Notes: generated from the sequence alone by a model not told the origin. A stretch of DNA of 64,000 nucleotides from an uncultured Gammaproteobacteria bacterium (GCA_964512695.1 CAZEJU010000004.1:12656-76655), one strand, 5' to 3'; shown: positions 1 through 11,192, numbered from the stretch's first letter. Translations and numbers: made by a program.

Positions 1-1005
1 CATTTTACTTTTTAAAACTGTGTAAATACCAATAAGAAAAAAGGGTAATTCTATAAGATAAAATTGACCGAAGTTTCCAATCCCATGATTACCATGCTCA
101 GATCCACTTATAAAAAATGCTGTGACTGAAAAGTATGATGCAATATGTATAAGATACTGCCATGCTGTCAATAAAAATGTATTAAAAAATATTTTTCCAA
201 AAACATCAGGTAGAGGTACTACATACGAACGTAATTCTAAAAGTGGAGCTTGGACTCGAGCACTAGAAAAAATAAGTGTTCCTCCCGCTGAAGACACTCC
301 TCCTTGCTGAAAGAATGTAAGTATAAAAGGTATAAGGAAAATAACTGATGTAATAGCTGTAATGATTACCTCTTTTTTTCGAATAAAACCTCTATCTTTT
401 CTGAAATATACTAAGAATAGTCCCCATAACGCAGGTGCTAATAATCGAGTCAGATTATATGAATAGAAAGAAATAATAAAACACAAAGTACCTATGAGAA
501 AGAAACCAGTTCGTTTTTTTGTGAAAGCCAATAATAAAAGAAAACCTCCCAGCACAAACAGAAATAATGAAATGCTGACTTCGAATGTTGCTCTATTATA
601 ATGAAGATGCCATGGATTTATTGCTAACAAACCAGTAGCAATTAAAGAAAGTTTTTCATTATTAGAAGATTTTTTAATGAAAACATAGAAAACTATTACA
701 GTTAGGAAGCCAAAAAAAGCAGAGGGAAATCTTACAGCAAACTCAGTCATACCGAAAAGCATTATTGAGGGTATGGTCACATAAATGTACACCGGAAGTT
801 TATAATCTCCAAACGATTTAAAGTATAGAGGCATTGTCTGACCGTATTCATCTTTCCCAGTTTCTATAATTGAAAAAGCGTTATAACCGATAGCTGATTC
901 ATCCTGGTAAAAACCGTACGGTATTTCACCTAGCATGTTAAAACGCAGGATAAATGCAATTAAGAAAATAATTACTAATGCTAATATCTCTAGTTTATTT
1001 CTCAT
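1..1005 (-). CDS. GT-C fold glycosyltransferase family 39 (ArnT/PMT-like), runs off the window edge
   Basis: Manual translation from ATG at 1005: MRNKLEILALVIIFLIAFILRF...GFYQDESAIGYNAFSIIETGKDEYG...FKSFGDYKLP, a DE-motif N-terminus typical of GT39. Not in the ORF track. Confidence 0.85.
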   Translation of the reverse strand, partial: MRNKLEILALVIIFLIAFILRFNMLGEIPYGFYQDESAIGYNAFSIIETGKDEYGQTMPLYFKSFGDYKLPVYIYVTIPSIMLFGMTEFAVRFPSAFFGFLTVIVFYVFIKKSSNNEKLSLIATGLLAINPWHLHYNRATFEVSISLFLFVLGGFLLLLAFTKKRTGFFLIGTLCFIISFYSYNLTRLLAPALWGLFLVYFRKDRGFIRKKEVIITAITSVIFLIPFILTFFQQGGVSSAGGTLIFSSARVQAPLLELRSYVVPLPDVFGKIFFNTFLLTAWQYLIHIASYFSVTAFFISGSEHGNHGIGNFGQFYLIELPFFLIGIYTVLKSKM

Positions 1006-3352
1006 ATATTTCTGATTTCTTTAAAATGAGTCCAAAAAACAGAAGAGCTATACAACTTATTATAGTGATTCTTGCTCCCCATTGGAAAGACTGTGGATTA
1101 TATGTAAAAATAATTTCATGCTCACCATCCGGTACAACTATTGCTCGAAAAGTATAATTCGCACGCAAAACTTCTACCTGTTTATTATCAACCATTGCTT
1201 GCCAACCAGGATAATATGCATCTGATAAAAATAACAATCGCTTTTTTTGATTCGTGGTTTTTAAATGAACACTATTAGGTCGATACGAAATAATAGTGAC
1301 TTTATCATCTTTATTAGCTGTTCCTAACTCTCCTATTTCTTTCTCCAGAAGTATTATTCTTTTCGAAGTAAAATTTTCTGCAAAAAATTTCTCTTCAAAT
1401 TCTTTATCTGTACGGAACACTTGATAGCCTTCTGCAAAAAACACCCTAGGTAAAGCATTCTTATTTTCATAAATTCTCCAACCATTTTGATTATATTGCT
1501 GAGAAAAACGACTTGGATTAAATGTTTTTTCTGTACTACCGTTTTCTGCTCGGTCTAGAATAGAGTTAACACCTAATACATCTATAATTCGTAATCTATA
1601 AAGGTTTTCACTTAATTCACCTTCAGAGGTAATAATTGCATCAGACCTCGTTCGGTTAGTAAAATTTGTAATTAACTTCCCCTTCTCAGCTGACTGAATA
1701 AATGCTCCATATCTTCGAGAATATAATGGGTCATATCCATCTACCGCGAAAAGAGAATACTGTGTAGCGTAGTTTGGTTCTATACCAGCAGCTTTATATC
1801 CCCAAAACCTTCCGCGATTATTATCTAACTCATCAATAACCTTAGCTGTTGGAAACACAAGTTCTTTTGGAATAAAAGGGTTAAATTTATGGAAAAAATA
1901 AAAAAGATCTAGTACAGTTACACAGATAAATAAATAAAGAATTACTTTTTTAAGTCTAATAAAATAAGTACTTAAGAAAAACATTGATAAAAAAGCTATC
2001 AAAAGACTGCTTGAAAATAATATGTTTTTTACAGAAGGTGTTTTACTTGAGAGTAATAATCCAAGTATTAATAAAACAGAAAAAACTGAAACTGAGAGCA
2101 ATAAGTATCTTCCATGTATTTTTTTATTTTCTTTCTGCCAATATTCATAACCAAAACCCGCAAGAATAGCCAAACTAAAACTTATAAGAAAAATGGAATT
2201 TGTGGGTGAACTTGTAGATATAAATGGAATTTGTAATCTATACAGTAATTCTGTAAAGGGCGATCGTACGAGAAAGAGCAATAATAGGGCAATAGTTATG
2301 GTAAAAAAACGCTTATGATAATTATTTTTATTATGTACCAAGGTAAATAATCCAAAAAGAAAAGGAATAACACCTATATAGAGAGCCTTACCAGGATATG
2401 GATCGTTAAGAAGATAGTTTCTCGTCGCGGGATTGCCAAAAAAATCAGGAATAAAGAACATGATAAGTTGATAAGGCTGAATCAACAATATATTAATAAG
2501 AAAGTCATATTCCTGAGATACTCTAGCAGCATTATTAAGTAGTTCTAAAGTAGGTAAAAATTGTATAGCACATATACCTATAACTAATAAAAATAAGAAA
2601 AAGAGGAATCCCGCATAAAGTATTTTTTTTCCTTGCTTTCTCTTAAGGATACCTAGTAAAGCGTAGATAACTACAAAAGAAAATACTAATGCTGAAAGTT
2701 GTAAATGCCCTGCAAGAAAAGAAAATACCAGACTACCTATTAACATGATTACAGAAGTGTATCGTACTTTTTCTAGTAAATTTTCAGTCGCGAACAGTGC
2801 GAAAGGTAACCATAAAATTGCATGATTAATCGTATTATATTCAAGAAAAACAATCATAAATAACGAAAAACTAAATGCAAATGCAGAAAGAAATGAAGAG
2901 AAAGCATTTAATCCTAGTTTTCTTGCATATAAAAAAGTTCCTATCCCTGCTAAAAAAGGTTGTAAAAAAATAAGAAGTGTCCAAGCAACAATTTGTGAGA
3001 AAAACATATAAAAAGCAGAGAATGGATAGAAAACAGCTGACTGATAATTGGCAAGAAGAGGACTCCCAGAAAAATTATAGGGATTCCATAAAGGTATTTC
3101 ACCATTTTTTATCATAGAAACAGTTAATGTTTTCCATGGATAAATTTGCCGGATAGTATCAAAGTATTGCGCTTTATTCGGGTAAGAACCAGGATTATAT
3201 CCTAGATAAGAATAAGTTTTCCAAGGACTATATTCTGCGACTAATAAGTCTCCAGGAAACGGTATAAGACCAAATAAAATTGTCTTATAAAAAAAAACTA
3301 ATGTGATAAGTAAAAAAACAACAAAAAAAATAAGTAATTCTCTGTGTTTCAT
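995..3352 (-). CDS. YfhO-family GT-C membrane glycosyltransferase
   Basis: 785 aa polytopic; PLWNPYNFSGSPLLAN and C-terminal LFLSDAYYPGWQA..RANYTFRAI motifs. Confidence 0.85.
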   Translation of the reverse strand: MKHRELLIFFVVFLLITLVFFYKTILFGLIPFPGDLLVAEYSPWKTYSYLGYNPGSYPNKAQYFDTIRQIYPWKTLTVSMIKNGEIPLWNPYNFSGSPLLANYQSAVFYPFSAFYMFFSQIVAWTLLIFLQPFLAGIGTFLYARKLGLNAFSSFLSAFAFSFSLFMIVFLEYNTINHAILWLPFALFATENLLEKVRYTSVIMLIGSLVFSFLAGHLQLSALVFSFVVIYALLGILKRKQGKKILYAGFLFFLFLLVIGICAIQFLPTLELLNNAARVSQEYDFLINILLIQPYQLIMFFIPDFFGNPATRNYLLNDPYPGKALYIGVIPFLFGLFTLVHNKNNYHKRFFTITIALLLLFLVRSPFTELLYRLQIPFISTSSPTNSIFLISFSLAILAGFGYEYWQKENKKIHGRYLLLSVSVFSVLLILGLLLSSKTPSVKNILFSSSLLIAFLSMFFLSTYFIRLKKVILYLFICVTVLDLFYFFHKFNPFIPKELVFPTAKVIDELDNNRGRFWGYKAAGIEPNYATQYSLFAVDGYDPLYSRRYGAFIQSAEKGKLITNFTNRTRSDAIITSEGELSENLYRLRIIDVLGVNSILDRAENGSTEKTFNPSRFSQQYNQNGWRIYENKNALPRVFFAEGYQVFRTDKEFEEKFFAENFTSKRIILLEKEIGELGTANKDDKVTIISYRPNSVHLKTTNQKKRLLFLSDAYYPGWQAMVDNKQVEVLRANYTFRAIVVPDGEHEIIFTYNPQSFQWGARITIISCIALLFFGLILKKSEIYEK

Positions 3353-4983
3353 TTTGTTTTTAGTCTACCTCTGCTCGAATAATATACAAATAAAACAAAA
3401 AGAAGAAATGCAGTTAGGAAAGAAGTAATATTTGTTACCAATCGTAATTTTGTTTCACTAAATATAAGTTTCACTGTATGTATTCCTTTCGGTACAGAGA
3501 AAACTATTTCTCCTCTATGGTTTGGGTCTTGGAATTGGATATCAGTCTTTGTCTTATCATTAATATAAACTTCCCATCCAGGAAAATACTGTGTATTACT
3601 TACTAAAGAAACATTTGTATCTGCATGAATAGTAAATGTCTGAATATGATTTTGTTTTTTAAAGTTTTCTATTTTACCTTTTCCGCCTATTATTTCTATT
3701 CTATCTTTAGGATATGTCTTAGCTGGTCCAGCTGACCATATAACATCTGTTTCACCATAATATGTAGTATTTAAAGGAAAATTCCAGTAATATTCTTCGT
3801 CAACCTTATCAAAACCCAAAGATGGATTCCAGTACCATACACTGGAAAGAATAGTGAGAACTATTAATAGTATATAAACACTTCTTCTTTTAATAATATC
3901 TAGATAAAAGTATCCCACCGCAGCTAAAGACGTAGAAAAAACAGCTACAGCTAAAAAACGCCAAGGGAACTGGAATTGACGAAGTAAACTTATTTGCTCC
4001 CATAATAATTTTGAAAGAGGAGACATAAAAAAGAACGTTATAATAAGTAGAAAAACAATAAATATTTTTAAATTTTTTGTGGTCTTTTCCTTATTTTTAA
4101 ATTTCAATAGTAAAAGAATTCCAATAATATGAAATAAACCCAACTGTACAGATATACCACCTGTCTGTAACGATTCAGCATTTATGAAATTGGGTATAAA
4201 AAATTTGTAGAGAGGTGCGAAATGTTCTAAATAAAGATTCTTCATGAATAAATTTCCATATGTATATTTATGCTCCACAATAGCAGGTAACCAATAATAC
4301 ATCGATAAGAATAACCCAATTATAAGAGATAGAAATCCCATCAAGCGTTCTTTCCATGTTCTGATTATGAATAATAAGAATAACGCAGCAATACCAAAAA
4401 ACATCAGACTTACTGAATTATGAGAAAGAATTAATAATGCTGTTGCTGCTGCTGTTAGAATAAAGTAGTTAATTTTTTTCGTTTTTTCCAACTGTACTAA
4501 ACCATATAAAATCCAAGGTAAAAAAGAGTAAGTAAACACTTCTCCGAAACTTCCCCTGATAAATAATTCAATAAGGCGAAACGTCGCGAACTGATAAAAA
4601 ATAGTAATGAGAAAAGCTTTCTTCTTATCATGAAACAAGGCATTCGAGAATAAATACATGCCAACTCCTGATAAAAGATAACTCACGAGAAGTGTAAGTT
4701 TAAATGCTACAACCAAACCCGTTCCCAAAAAGAGAAATATGGAAGCAATAATGTATGGCATATGGTAAACAAAGTTAAACAACGGCATACCATATCCATA
4801 ATTAAGATCCCCTGCCCATCGTACAGGAATATGTCCGGTCATTAGCGCTTTATAAAACGCAGCCATGCGAGGAAGATGTACCAAACCATCATGTGTATGT
4901 GGCAGCTCTGAAGTTATAAAAATAGGAATAAATGGAAGAATTGATAGAACAATTATCAAAAAATATTCTCGAGAGATTTTCAT
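3349..4983 (-). CDS. PTPS-related/YfhO-like GT-C membrane protein
   Basis: THDGLVH, VRWAGDLNYGYGMPLFNF, QFPWRF, YFPGW motifs; many TM helices. Confidence 0.8.
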   Translation of the reverse strand: MKISREYFLIIVLSILPFIPIFITSELPHTHDGLVHLPRMAAFYKALMTGHIPVRWAGDLNYGYGMPLFNFVYHMPYIIASIFLFLGTGLVVAFKLTLLVSYLLSGVGMYLFSNALFHDKKKAFLITIFYQFATFRLIELFIRGSFGEVFTYSFLPWILYGLVQLEKTKKINYFILTAAATALLILSHNSVSLMFFGIAALFLLFIIRTWKERLMGFLSLIIGLFLSMYYWLPAIVEHKYTYGNLFMKNLYLEHFAPLYKFFIPNFINAESLQTGGISVQLGLFHIIGILLLLKFKNKEKTTKNLKIFIVFLLIITFFFMSPLSKLLWEQISLLRQFQFPWRFLAVAVFSTSLAAVGYFYLDIIKRRSVYILLIVLTILSSVWYWNPSLGFDKVDEEYYWNFPLNTTYYGETDVIWSAGPAKTYPKDRIEIIGGKGKIENFKKQNHIQTFTIHADTNVSLVSNTQYFPGWEVYINDKTKTDIQFQDPNHRGEIVFSVPKGIHTVKLIFSETKLRLVTNITSFLTAFLLFVLFVYYSSRGRLKTK

Positions 4984-6497
4984 GGATTAACTTTATAAAT
5001 GATCAAATAACGGTCTACGTTTACTTTTTTATATCTAACTTTCTCCTCTAAAGGCCATGAATCTGGTGCGTCACCCGGAAACTCACATAAGTGACATGGT
5101 TGGTAAAATGCTATATATGTAGGCATCTTTTTCGCGGTAGTAATGATTTCTGTAGAAGGAGCATCTTCTACGGGCCAAATCCCTTTTACTATGAATGAGT
5201 CATCTTTTCGTGTATACACTTCATAGGCATAAGGCATCAATCCAAATGTTCCTTGGGTATACAATGTAATCCTTTTCCCTTTTTCAAGATTTTTAAGAAA
5301 CTTTATTGACTCCTTTATCCCAGTACCTGATGGCCAGTCATTATTGTACTGATCTCTATCTGATTTAGGAATTTGTGCATGAGCAAAATCCGTCAAAACT
5401 TGAAAAAACGTCCATAACGGGACTATCAGGAATGTTACTATAAGAATAGAGGCAATTGCTTTATTTTTTATCATAAAGTACATCTCATAGAGGGCCAATG
5501 CCACAAGTGGTAATAACGATAAAGTCATGAAAAATATATACCGAGGATAGAGTGTATTGCCAAAAAGGGCTAAAGCGAAAAAAGGGGCGGCAAACCAGGT
5601 GAATAACAATAATTTTTCCTTAAAATACTCTTTTTTTACTACAAAAGATAGAATAGTAAGAAGAAGAAAAGGATATGACAAATAACGAATTAACCAATCC
5701 CGCATACCCACCCAAAGATTACCCCAGAAGTATGTGAAAGGATGTTGAAGCCATTCTTTAAAGGGGTAAACAAAAATAGCATTTTTCTGTCCGATAATAT
5801 AGTAAAAAGGAGATAAACGTAAAATAGCATACATGCTATACGTTAATAAAATAGCAACTACACATAAAGCTCCCCATTTAAAAAATTTTTTAAAAACTTT
5901 CTTATCTTTCCAGGAAAATAAGAGTAAAGAAAGAGGTATTAAATATAAAGTAAAAAATCCATTTGATTTATTTAATACGCCTAATCCACTCACAATACCT
6001 AATAGAAGAGCTATGTCTAATCGTATATAGCGGACTAATAATATAACTAAATATAATCCCCAAACAGCAAAAGTGCCTACAAGAGAATCATAAAGCGCCA
6101 TCCTATCATAAACAAGGGAAAATGGATAAAAAACATATAACGCAGATGTTACTATAGCTATCTTTTTACTTTTAAAAAGCTCATTAGTTAAACTAAATAA
6201 ACCAATGATGGTAAAAAAACCAGCGAAAACAGAAACAATCCTACCGGCAAAAAGTGGATCACTAAATAGCCTTACGCTTATCATAGCCATCCAAATAAAT
6301 AATGGCTGTTTTCCATCTGTTAAAGAAATAAAACGCCAATTTGCATCTTGAGAAGCCACTTGCGCCCAATGAATATAAATAGCTTCATCTGTAAATATGG
6401 GTAGGGAGAGTAATGTCGTAAGACGAGTTATAAAATAAATACTAATAAGTAAAAAAGAAATACCTACAGGCCAGGAGTACCGCTTTAAATAATACAT
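4980..6497 (-). CDS. Glycosyltransferase family 39 (GT-C)
   Basis: PIFTDEAIY, DGKQPL, YDRMALYD motifs; polytopic. Confidence 0.8.
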   Translation of the reverse strand: MYYLKRYSWPVGISFLLISIYFITRLTTLLSLPIFTDEAIYIHWAQVASQDANWRFISLTDGKQPLFIWMAMISVRLFSDPLFAGRIVSVFAGFFTIIGLFSLTNELFKSKKIAIVTSALYVFYPFSLVYDRMALYDSLVGTFAVWGLYLVILLVRYIRLDIALLLGIVSGLGVLNKSNGFFTLYLIPLSLLLFSWKDKKVFKKFFKWGALCVVAILLTYSMYAILRLSPFYYIIGQKNAIFVYPFKEWLQHPFTYFWGNLWVGMRDWLIRYLSYPFLLLTILSFVVKKEYFKEKLLLFTWFAAPFFALALFGNTLYPRYIFFMTLSLLPLVALALYEMYFMIKNKAIASILIVTFLIVPLWTFFQVLTDFAHAQIPKSDRDQYNNDWPSGTGIKESIKFLKNLEKGKRITLYTQGTFGLMPYAYEVYTRKDDSFIVKGIWPVEDAPSTEIITTAKKMPTYIAFYQPCHLCEFPGDAPDSWPLEEKVRYKKVNVDRYLIIYKVNP

Positions 6498-6538
6498 ATA
6501 GAACGATTATACGAAAGGCTAAAACGAGAAGCAAATTA

Positions 6539-7711
6539 TTATGTTTTCCTGTAAAAAATAAGACATGAAATAAGAGAAAATACTATAGTAACACTATAGA
6601 TAGCTTTCAAAATATCGGGTACAGGTTTATCCCAATTACCAAAATACAAATAAGGCACATATGTTAACAATGCACCGAAGCTTAATACTATTCCAGGTGT
6701 GGAAAGAAAAGGTTTAAACGCTAAAAGTGCTATGAAAGGAAGAACAAATATGAGATACCATGGCTGAAAATTACCGGAATGTTGCGATGCTGCAAGCACT
6801 CCTAAAAACATACAGATAATTAAGCTCGATATAAATGAAAGCCAAGGAATTTTCTCTCTTATCATTTGCATGACTATTATGGCTAAAAAAATAGGAAAAA
6901 GAAAAATCGTTACATATTTTATTCCAATGGAGAGAACAAAAAATAAAAACGATTTCCAATACTTTTTCTCAAGTATAAAATATAAACTTGCTAATGCAAA
7001 AAACATCATCACAGTATCATGGTGAGCAGAGACAAGAGATTCGATGATTACGAGAGGATTTAATCCCCAAAAAATCAAAGCCGTTAACTCATTTCCTGGC
7101 GAAATTTTCTTAATAATTTTCTGAATATAATAAATGCTTCCTATATAACCTGCCACAACCACAGCCTTAAACAATATTAACGTTAATAAAAATATTTGGA
7201 TACCAAAATATGATAATGGGATGCTTAAAAGAAGCCATGTCGGACCGTAGGGAAATGTTCTGTGTGTCCAATGCATAAAACTGAGCATAGGATCAGCAGG
7301 GAAATCAAGTGCTTTATGTTCATATGGATTTTTTCCATAATACGTCAGAATCTTAGCATCAAAAATATAATTAAATACGTCATAAGAAAATGCCGGATAT
7401 GATAATAATAACAAAGCACAAATTAAAAAAATTATTTTCCATACATCCTTCGTATCTTTAAAAGTTTTTTTCGCATTTCGAAGTAAAAATATATATGTAA
7501 TAAAAAGTAATAGTAAAATACCGATAAACAAAGCCGTAGCAAGTGGCCGATTAAAAAAACCTATTTGTTGAAAAGAACGTTGTATTGAGAATAAGGATGG
7601 ATACTTCGTTAAAGCAAGACCAAGTGAAATTTGAGTAAATGAATAGAAAAACAATCCGATAATAGCAAATAGATAGAAAAAAAGTGCTTTAGAGGAAAAA
7701 ATATTCTTCAT
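6539..7711 (-). CDS. GT-C membrane glycosyltransferase (MptB/GT87-like)
   Basis: SYDVFNYIFD, PYGPTW, NPLVIIE..AHHD, FQPWY motifs. Confidence 0.75.
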   Translation of the reverse strand: MKNIFSSKALFFYLFAIIGLFFYSFTQISLGLALTKYPSLFSIQRSFQQIGFFNRPLATALFIGILLLLFITYIFLLRNAKKTFKDTKDVWKIIFLICALLLLSYPAFSYDVFNYIFDAKILTYYGKNPYEHKALDFPADPMLSFMHWTHRTFPYGPTWLLLSIPLSYFGIQIFLLTLILFKAVVVAGYIGSIYYIQKIIKKISPGNELTALIFWGLNPLVIIESLVSAHHDTVMMFFALASLYFILEKKYWKSFLFFVLSIGIKYVTIFLFPIFLAIIVMQMIREKIPWLSFISSLIICMFLGVLAASQHSGNFQPWYLIFVLPFIALLAFKPFLSTPGIVLSFGALLTYVPYLYFGNWDKPVPDILKAIYSVTIVFSLISCLIFYRKT

Positions 7712-7713
7712 AT

Positions 7714-8469
7714 TTATGCATATTTCCCTGCCAGATCGTTTCTTTTTATACGAATTAGGTCTAAAACTCCCTCTATAGAATCTCTCACTGGACTTACGCG
7801 GCGAGTTTCCACATACAACCAGTTTACTGGTACTTCTTTAATTGTGTAGCCTGATTTACTTGCGATATAGAGCAATTCCATATCAAACCCTGCTTTTACC
7901 GAAGAACCTTTAATTGCTTTATACCCGTCATGTATGTCCTTAACTTTAGCAAAAAGTTTATGTGCCACATCATGTTTAAATGCTTTAAAACCACACTGTG
8001 TATCTTTAATCTCAGACTGTCCGAGAATCAACTTGCGCAGTAATATGGCAGAACGTGCCATAATAATTCTAGAAAGAGGGGCTCCTTCACGATTAGTATC
8101 TCGAGACCCTATAACAATATCAAAATCTTTTTCGAACTCAGGAAGTACTTTATCGATTTCTTCAATAGGAGTTGCCTGATCCATATCAGTAAATAAAATT
8201 ATGCTACCCTTTGCACTAAGCACGCCTTTCGTTACAGCTCCAGCTTTACCCATATGTTCACTCGTAATTAAACGAAAATGAGGATATTCTTTTACAAATT
8301 TTTTAATAAAATCAACACTTCCATCGGTAGAGCCATCATCAACTATGATTACTTCATAAGAATATTTCTGCTTACTTAGAAAGTGTTCGACTTTATCGAG
8401 GACTCCTTTACGAAGATTAGCCAATTCATCGTAACAAGGAATGATAACTGAAAGGAATGGTTGTTTCAT
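7714..8469 (-). CDS. GT2 polyprenyl-phosphate glycosyltransferase (DPM/ALG5-like)
   Basis: SVIIPCYDE, VDDGSTD, FTDMD, DTQCGFKAF motifs. Confidence 0.9.
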   Translation of the reverse strand: MKQPFLSVIIPCYDELANLRKGVLDKVEHFLSKQKYSYEVIIVDDGSTDGSVDFIKKFVKEYPHFRLITSEHMGKAGAVTKGVLSAKGSIILFTDMDQATPIEEIDKVLPEFEKDFDIVIGSRDTNREGAPLSRIIMARSAILLRKLILGQSEIKDTQCGFKAFKHDVAHKLFAKVKDIHDGYKAIKGSSVKAGFDMELLYIASKSGYTIKEVPVNWLYVETRRVSPVRDSIEGVLDLIRIKRNDLAGKYA

Positions 8470-8655
8470 CTTTGACAGGATTTAATCTGCATAAGCTCAT
8501 TAATATGAGATCATGAAGAGTCATATCTATTATACACCAACATTTCTATCTCTACCAAAACTCAGCGAATAATTCTCTGCAACCTCTTACATTACACATG
8601 AAATTTATTTATCAGTTATAACAATGCTCCGTTACTATGAATTTTACAGTAAACT

Positions 8656-8817
8656 ATGGAAGCTGCCGCAGCAGTCGGAGATGACAAAATACAACACAAA
8701 ATGACAGGCTGTATAAACCCTAAGAGCTGGACTCATGGTTCATCATAACAACGCATTGAGTGGTTTAATCGCGGATAGAAATATTGTGATCTTTTCTCAT
8801 GTGATACATTCTATTAA
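8656..8817 (+). pseudogene. Remnant C-terminus of a YpfJ-like neutral zinc metallopeptidase
   Basis: Frame reads [51 protein letters not shown], matching the family tail (VGDD.IQ...THGSS.QR..WF.RG...CDTF) with two internal stops. Confidence 0.75.
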
Positions 8818-8824
8818 GGAAATA

Positions 8825-9415
8825 TCAATTCCAACGTCTTAGAACTTCATCAAATCTAAACCAGAATTCTGGATAATGTATGTCAATAATTGGTTTCATA
8901 ATTTTAACAGTTTTATGTATATCCTGGTTTCGTAATCGTTGGTTATTCGACATCGCTAAAGAACGAGTGTTGTCTAATTTATCAGCTATTTTTATCTTCA
9001 GTATTTGTTGGTTACCAGACAGAAAAATTTCCCTTGCATATTCTGCCCAGTCTTTTTCTCTTGGACGAGTTAATAATTTTACACCTTCTAGAATTCGTAT
9101 TCCAAATTCTTTCAAAAGCATTTCTTCAGAATATGATGTATCTTCTAAGATATCGTGAAGCACTGCAATAATAATAGTATCACTCTGAACTTCATTCATT
9201 TCTTCACTTAAAATTCGTGGAACTCTCAGAAGATGAACATTTGCTATCCCTACTCCATCCAGTCGAGGTTCACTATGCAATCTTTTTACAAGCTCAACTG
9301 CTTTGTAAATTTTTTCTTTATCTTCTAAGTTCCAAATTTCACTCAGTTTTAATATATAGTCTTTCTGATATTCCCAATTTGTAAACAGTCTTCTGTCAAA
9401 CCAATATGTATTCAT
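8825..9415 (-). CDS. HD-domain protein, RelA/SpoT hydrolase-like (small alarmone hydrolase/Mesh1 type)
   Basis: AVLHDILEDT, VKLLT, IKIADKLDN motifs; ATG at 9415 avoids overlap with the upstream gene. Confidence 0.75.
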   Translation of the reverse strand: MNTYWFDRRLFTNWEYQKDYILKLSEIWNLEDKEKIYKAVELVKRLHSEPRLDGVGIANVHLLRVPRILSEEMNEVQSDTIIIAVLHDILEDTSYSEEMLLKEFGIRILEGVKLLTRPREKDWAEYAREIFLSGNQQILKIKIADKLDNTRSLAMSNNQRLRNQDIHKTVKIMKPIIDIHYPEFWFRFDEVLRRWN

Positions 9416-9434
9416 ACCGCAATTCGAGTTTGTT

Positions 9435-11192
9435 TTATAATGTTTGCTCTTGCCACATTTTTGCAAAAATATGTTTCTTTTTCAGTAATGCCTCGAAGCT
9501 ACCTTCTTCTTTTATCTCTCCATCCTGCATAACAAGAATTTTGTCCATTTCTTTAATTGTAGATAAACGGTGTGCAATTACTATCGCAGTACAAGTTCCG
9601 AATGCTTCATGTAACGCTTCTTGAATCTGCTTTTCTGAATGAACATCAAGATGCGATGTTGCTTCATCTAATAACAAAATTTCTGGTTTCCTATAAAGTG
9701 CGCGTGCTATACCGACACGTTGACGTTGCCCACCTGAGAGTTTAATTCCTTTTTCTCCTACTAAGGTATCTACTCCTTGAGGTAATTGGGAAATAACATC
9801 TTCTAGATGAGCAGTTTGTATGACAGACATAAGTAACTCTGGATCTTCTTTCTGGCCTGGAACTGCTGTAATAGTGATATTATCTTTTAATGACATATTA
9901 AATAATTCCGTATCTTGTAAAACGACTGATACATTATCGATATATGACTGGCGTTTTATAAGTTTTAGGGGAACATCATCGAAGAATATCTCGCCTTCAT
10001 AGGTTTCATAAAGATCCATAAGTAGTTTAAAAAGCGTTGACTTTCCAGAACCAGAGATGCCTACAATACCTATTTTTTCACCTCTCTTAATAGTGATCGT
10101 TATATCACGGAGTACATCCTGAGTGTTATACATGAATTTAACATTTCGTATATGAATTTTTTCCCATGTGTCTGGAAAATTTAGTTGAGATTTCAATTTT
10201 TCAGGATTTTCAATTTCAGGCCTTGTATTGAGGATAGCACGTACTCTTCCAACCCAAATTTTCGAAATCACTATATCCTGAGTCACATCCATTAACTGCC
10301 AGACAGATTCTCCCATCCGCTGAAATAAAGTGACAAACAGGATAAGTAAACTGACATTATAAAATCCATTTAGTATCCCATAAATAATAAACCCTACTGC
10401 AGTCACTTCAAAGACACTGTAATAGAGATTTAATATACCGCTTTGCACTCTAAACCAAAAAATTCGTTTTCGGATTTCATCCACAAGTAATACAATTTTT
10501 TTTAAGATAACTAAAGAAATGTTTTTATCGATTGCTAAAGCTTTTATAGTACGAATATTGTTTAACCCTTCGAAAGTTATCCCTCCAAGATCTTCATCTT
10601 TCTGACTCGCACGTTTTTCATAATAAGATGCTCTACCTAGTAACATCACTCCAATAGTATAAAAACTAATCATAAAGAATAATAAAGCAAGCCCAATAGC
10701 CATATTTTGATTAACAAAAATTAAAAAAATTCCAAAAGTATTTACTACTACTTCAATAAAAACACTGAATATTTTTCTAATTATTTCGTTCATGCCATCT
10801 CTACCCCTACTAATTCGTTTAAATTTATTACCGCTGTTTTCAATTTCTTGCCATGATAAATCTAAGGCGAATATGTGCTTGAGACAGTCCCGATAGATAT
10901 CTAGTCCGGCCTGTTCTGCTACTTGAAATCCATAGTATTTTGCTAATTCTTTTGAAACACTCCTGTACGTGATTGCAAAAAGCCAAAAAAATAATAACTG
11001 CATTACAGATAAAAAAATGTCTTGATCTCTATTGGTGGTTAATAACAGAATAATTTGACTTAATGCAAAAGCAGGATATAATCTGGCGAGATCACTTGTG
11101 AGACGGAAAAAAAACGCCAGAAGGAACTTTACCCGGTAAGGTTTTACATAAAAATAAATGTCGTGAATGAATTGCGAATATGAATATGACAT
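9435..11192 (-). CDS. ABC exporter, fused permease/ATP-binding protein
   Basis: N-terminal TM domain; GISGSGKST, LSGGQRQR, LLLDEATS. Confidence 0.92.
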   Translation of the reverse strand: MSYSYSQFIHDIYFYVKPYRVKFLLAFFFRLTSDLARLYPAFALSQIILLLTTNRDQDIFLSVMQLLFFWLFAITYRSVSKELAKYYGFQVAEQAGLDIYRDCLKHIFALDLSWQEIENSGNKFKRISRGRDGMNEIIRKIFSVFIEVVVNTFGIFLIFVNQNMAIGLALLFFMISFYTIGVMLLGRASYYEKRASQKDEDLGGITFEGLNNIRTIKALAIDKNISLVILKKIVLLVDEIRKRIFWFRVQSGILNLYYSVFEVTAVGFIIYGILNGFYNVSLLILFVTLFQRMGESVWQLMDVTQDIVISKIWVGRVRAILNTRPEIENPEKLKSQLNFPDTWEKIHIRNVKFMYNTQDVLRDITITIKRGEKIGIVGISGSGKSTLFKLLMDLYETYEGEIFFDDVPLKLIKRQSYIDNVSVVLQDTELFNMSLKDNITITAVPGQKEDPELLMSVIQTAHLEDVISQLPQGVDTLVGEKGIKLSGGQRQRVGIARALYRKPEILLLDEATSHLDVHSEKQIQEALHEAFGTCTAIVIAHRLSTIKEMDKILVMQDGEIKEEGSFEALLKKKHIFAKMWQEQTL

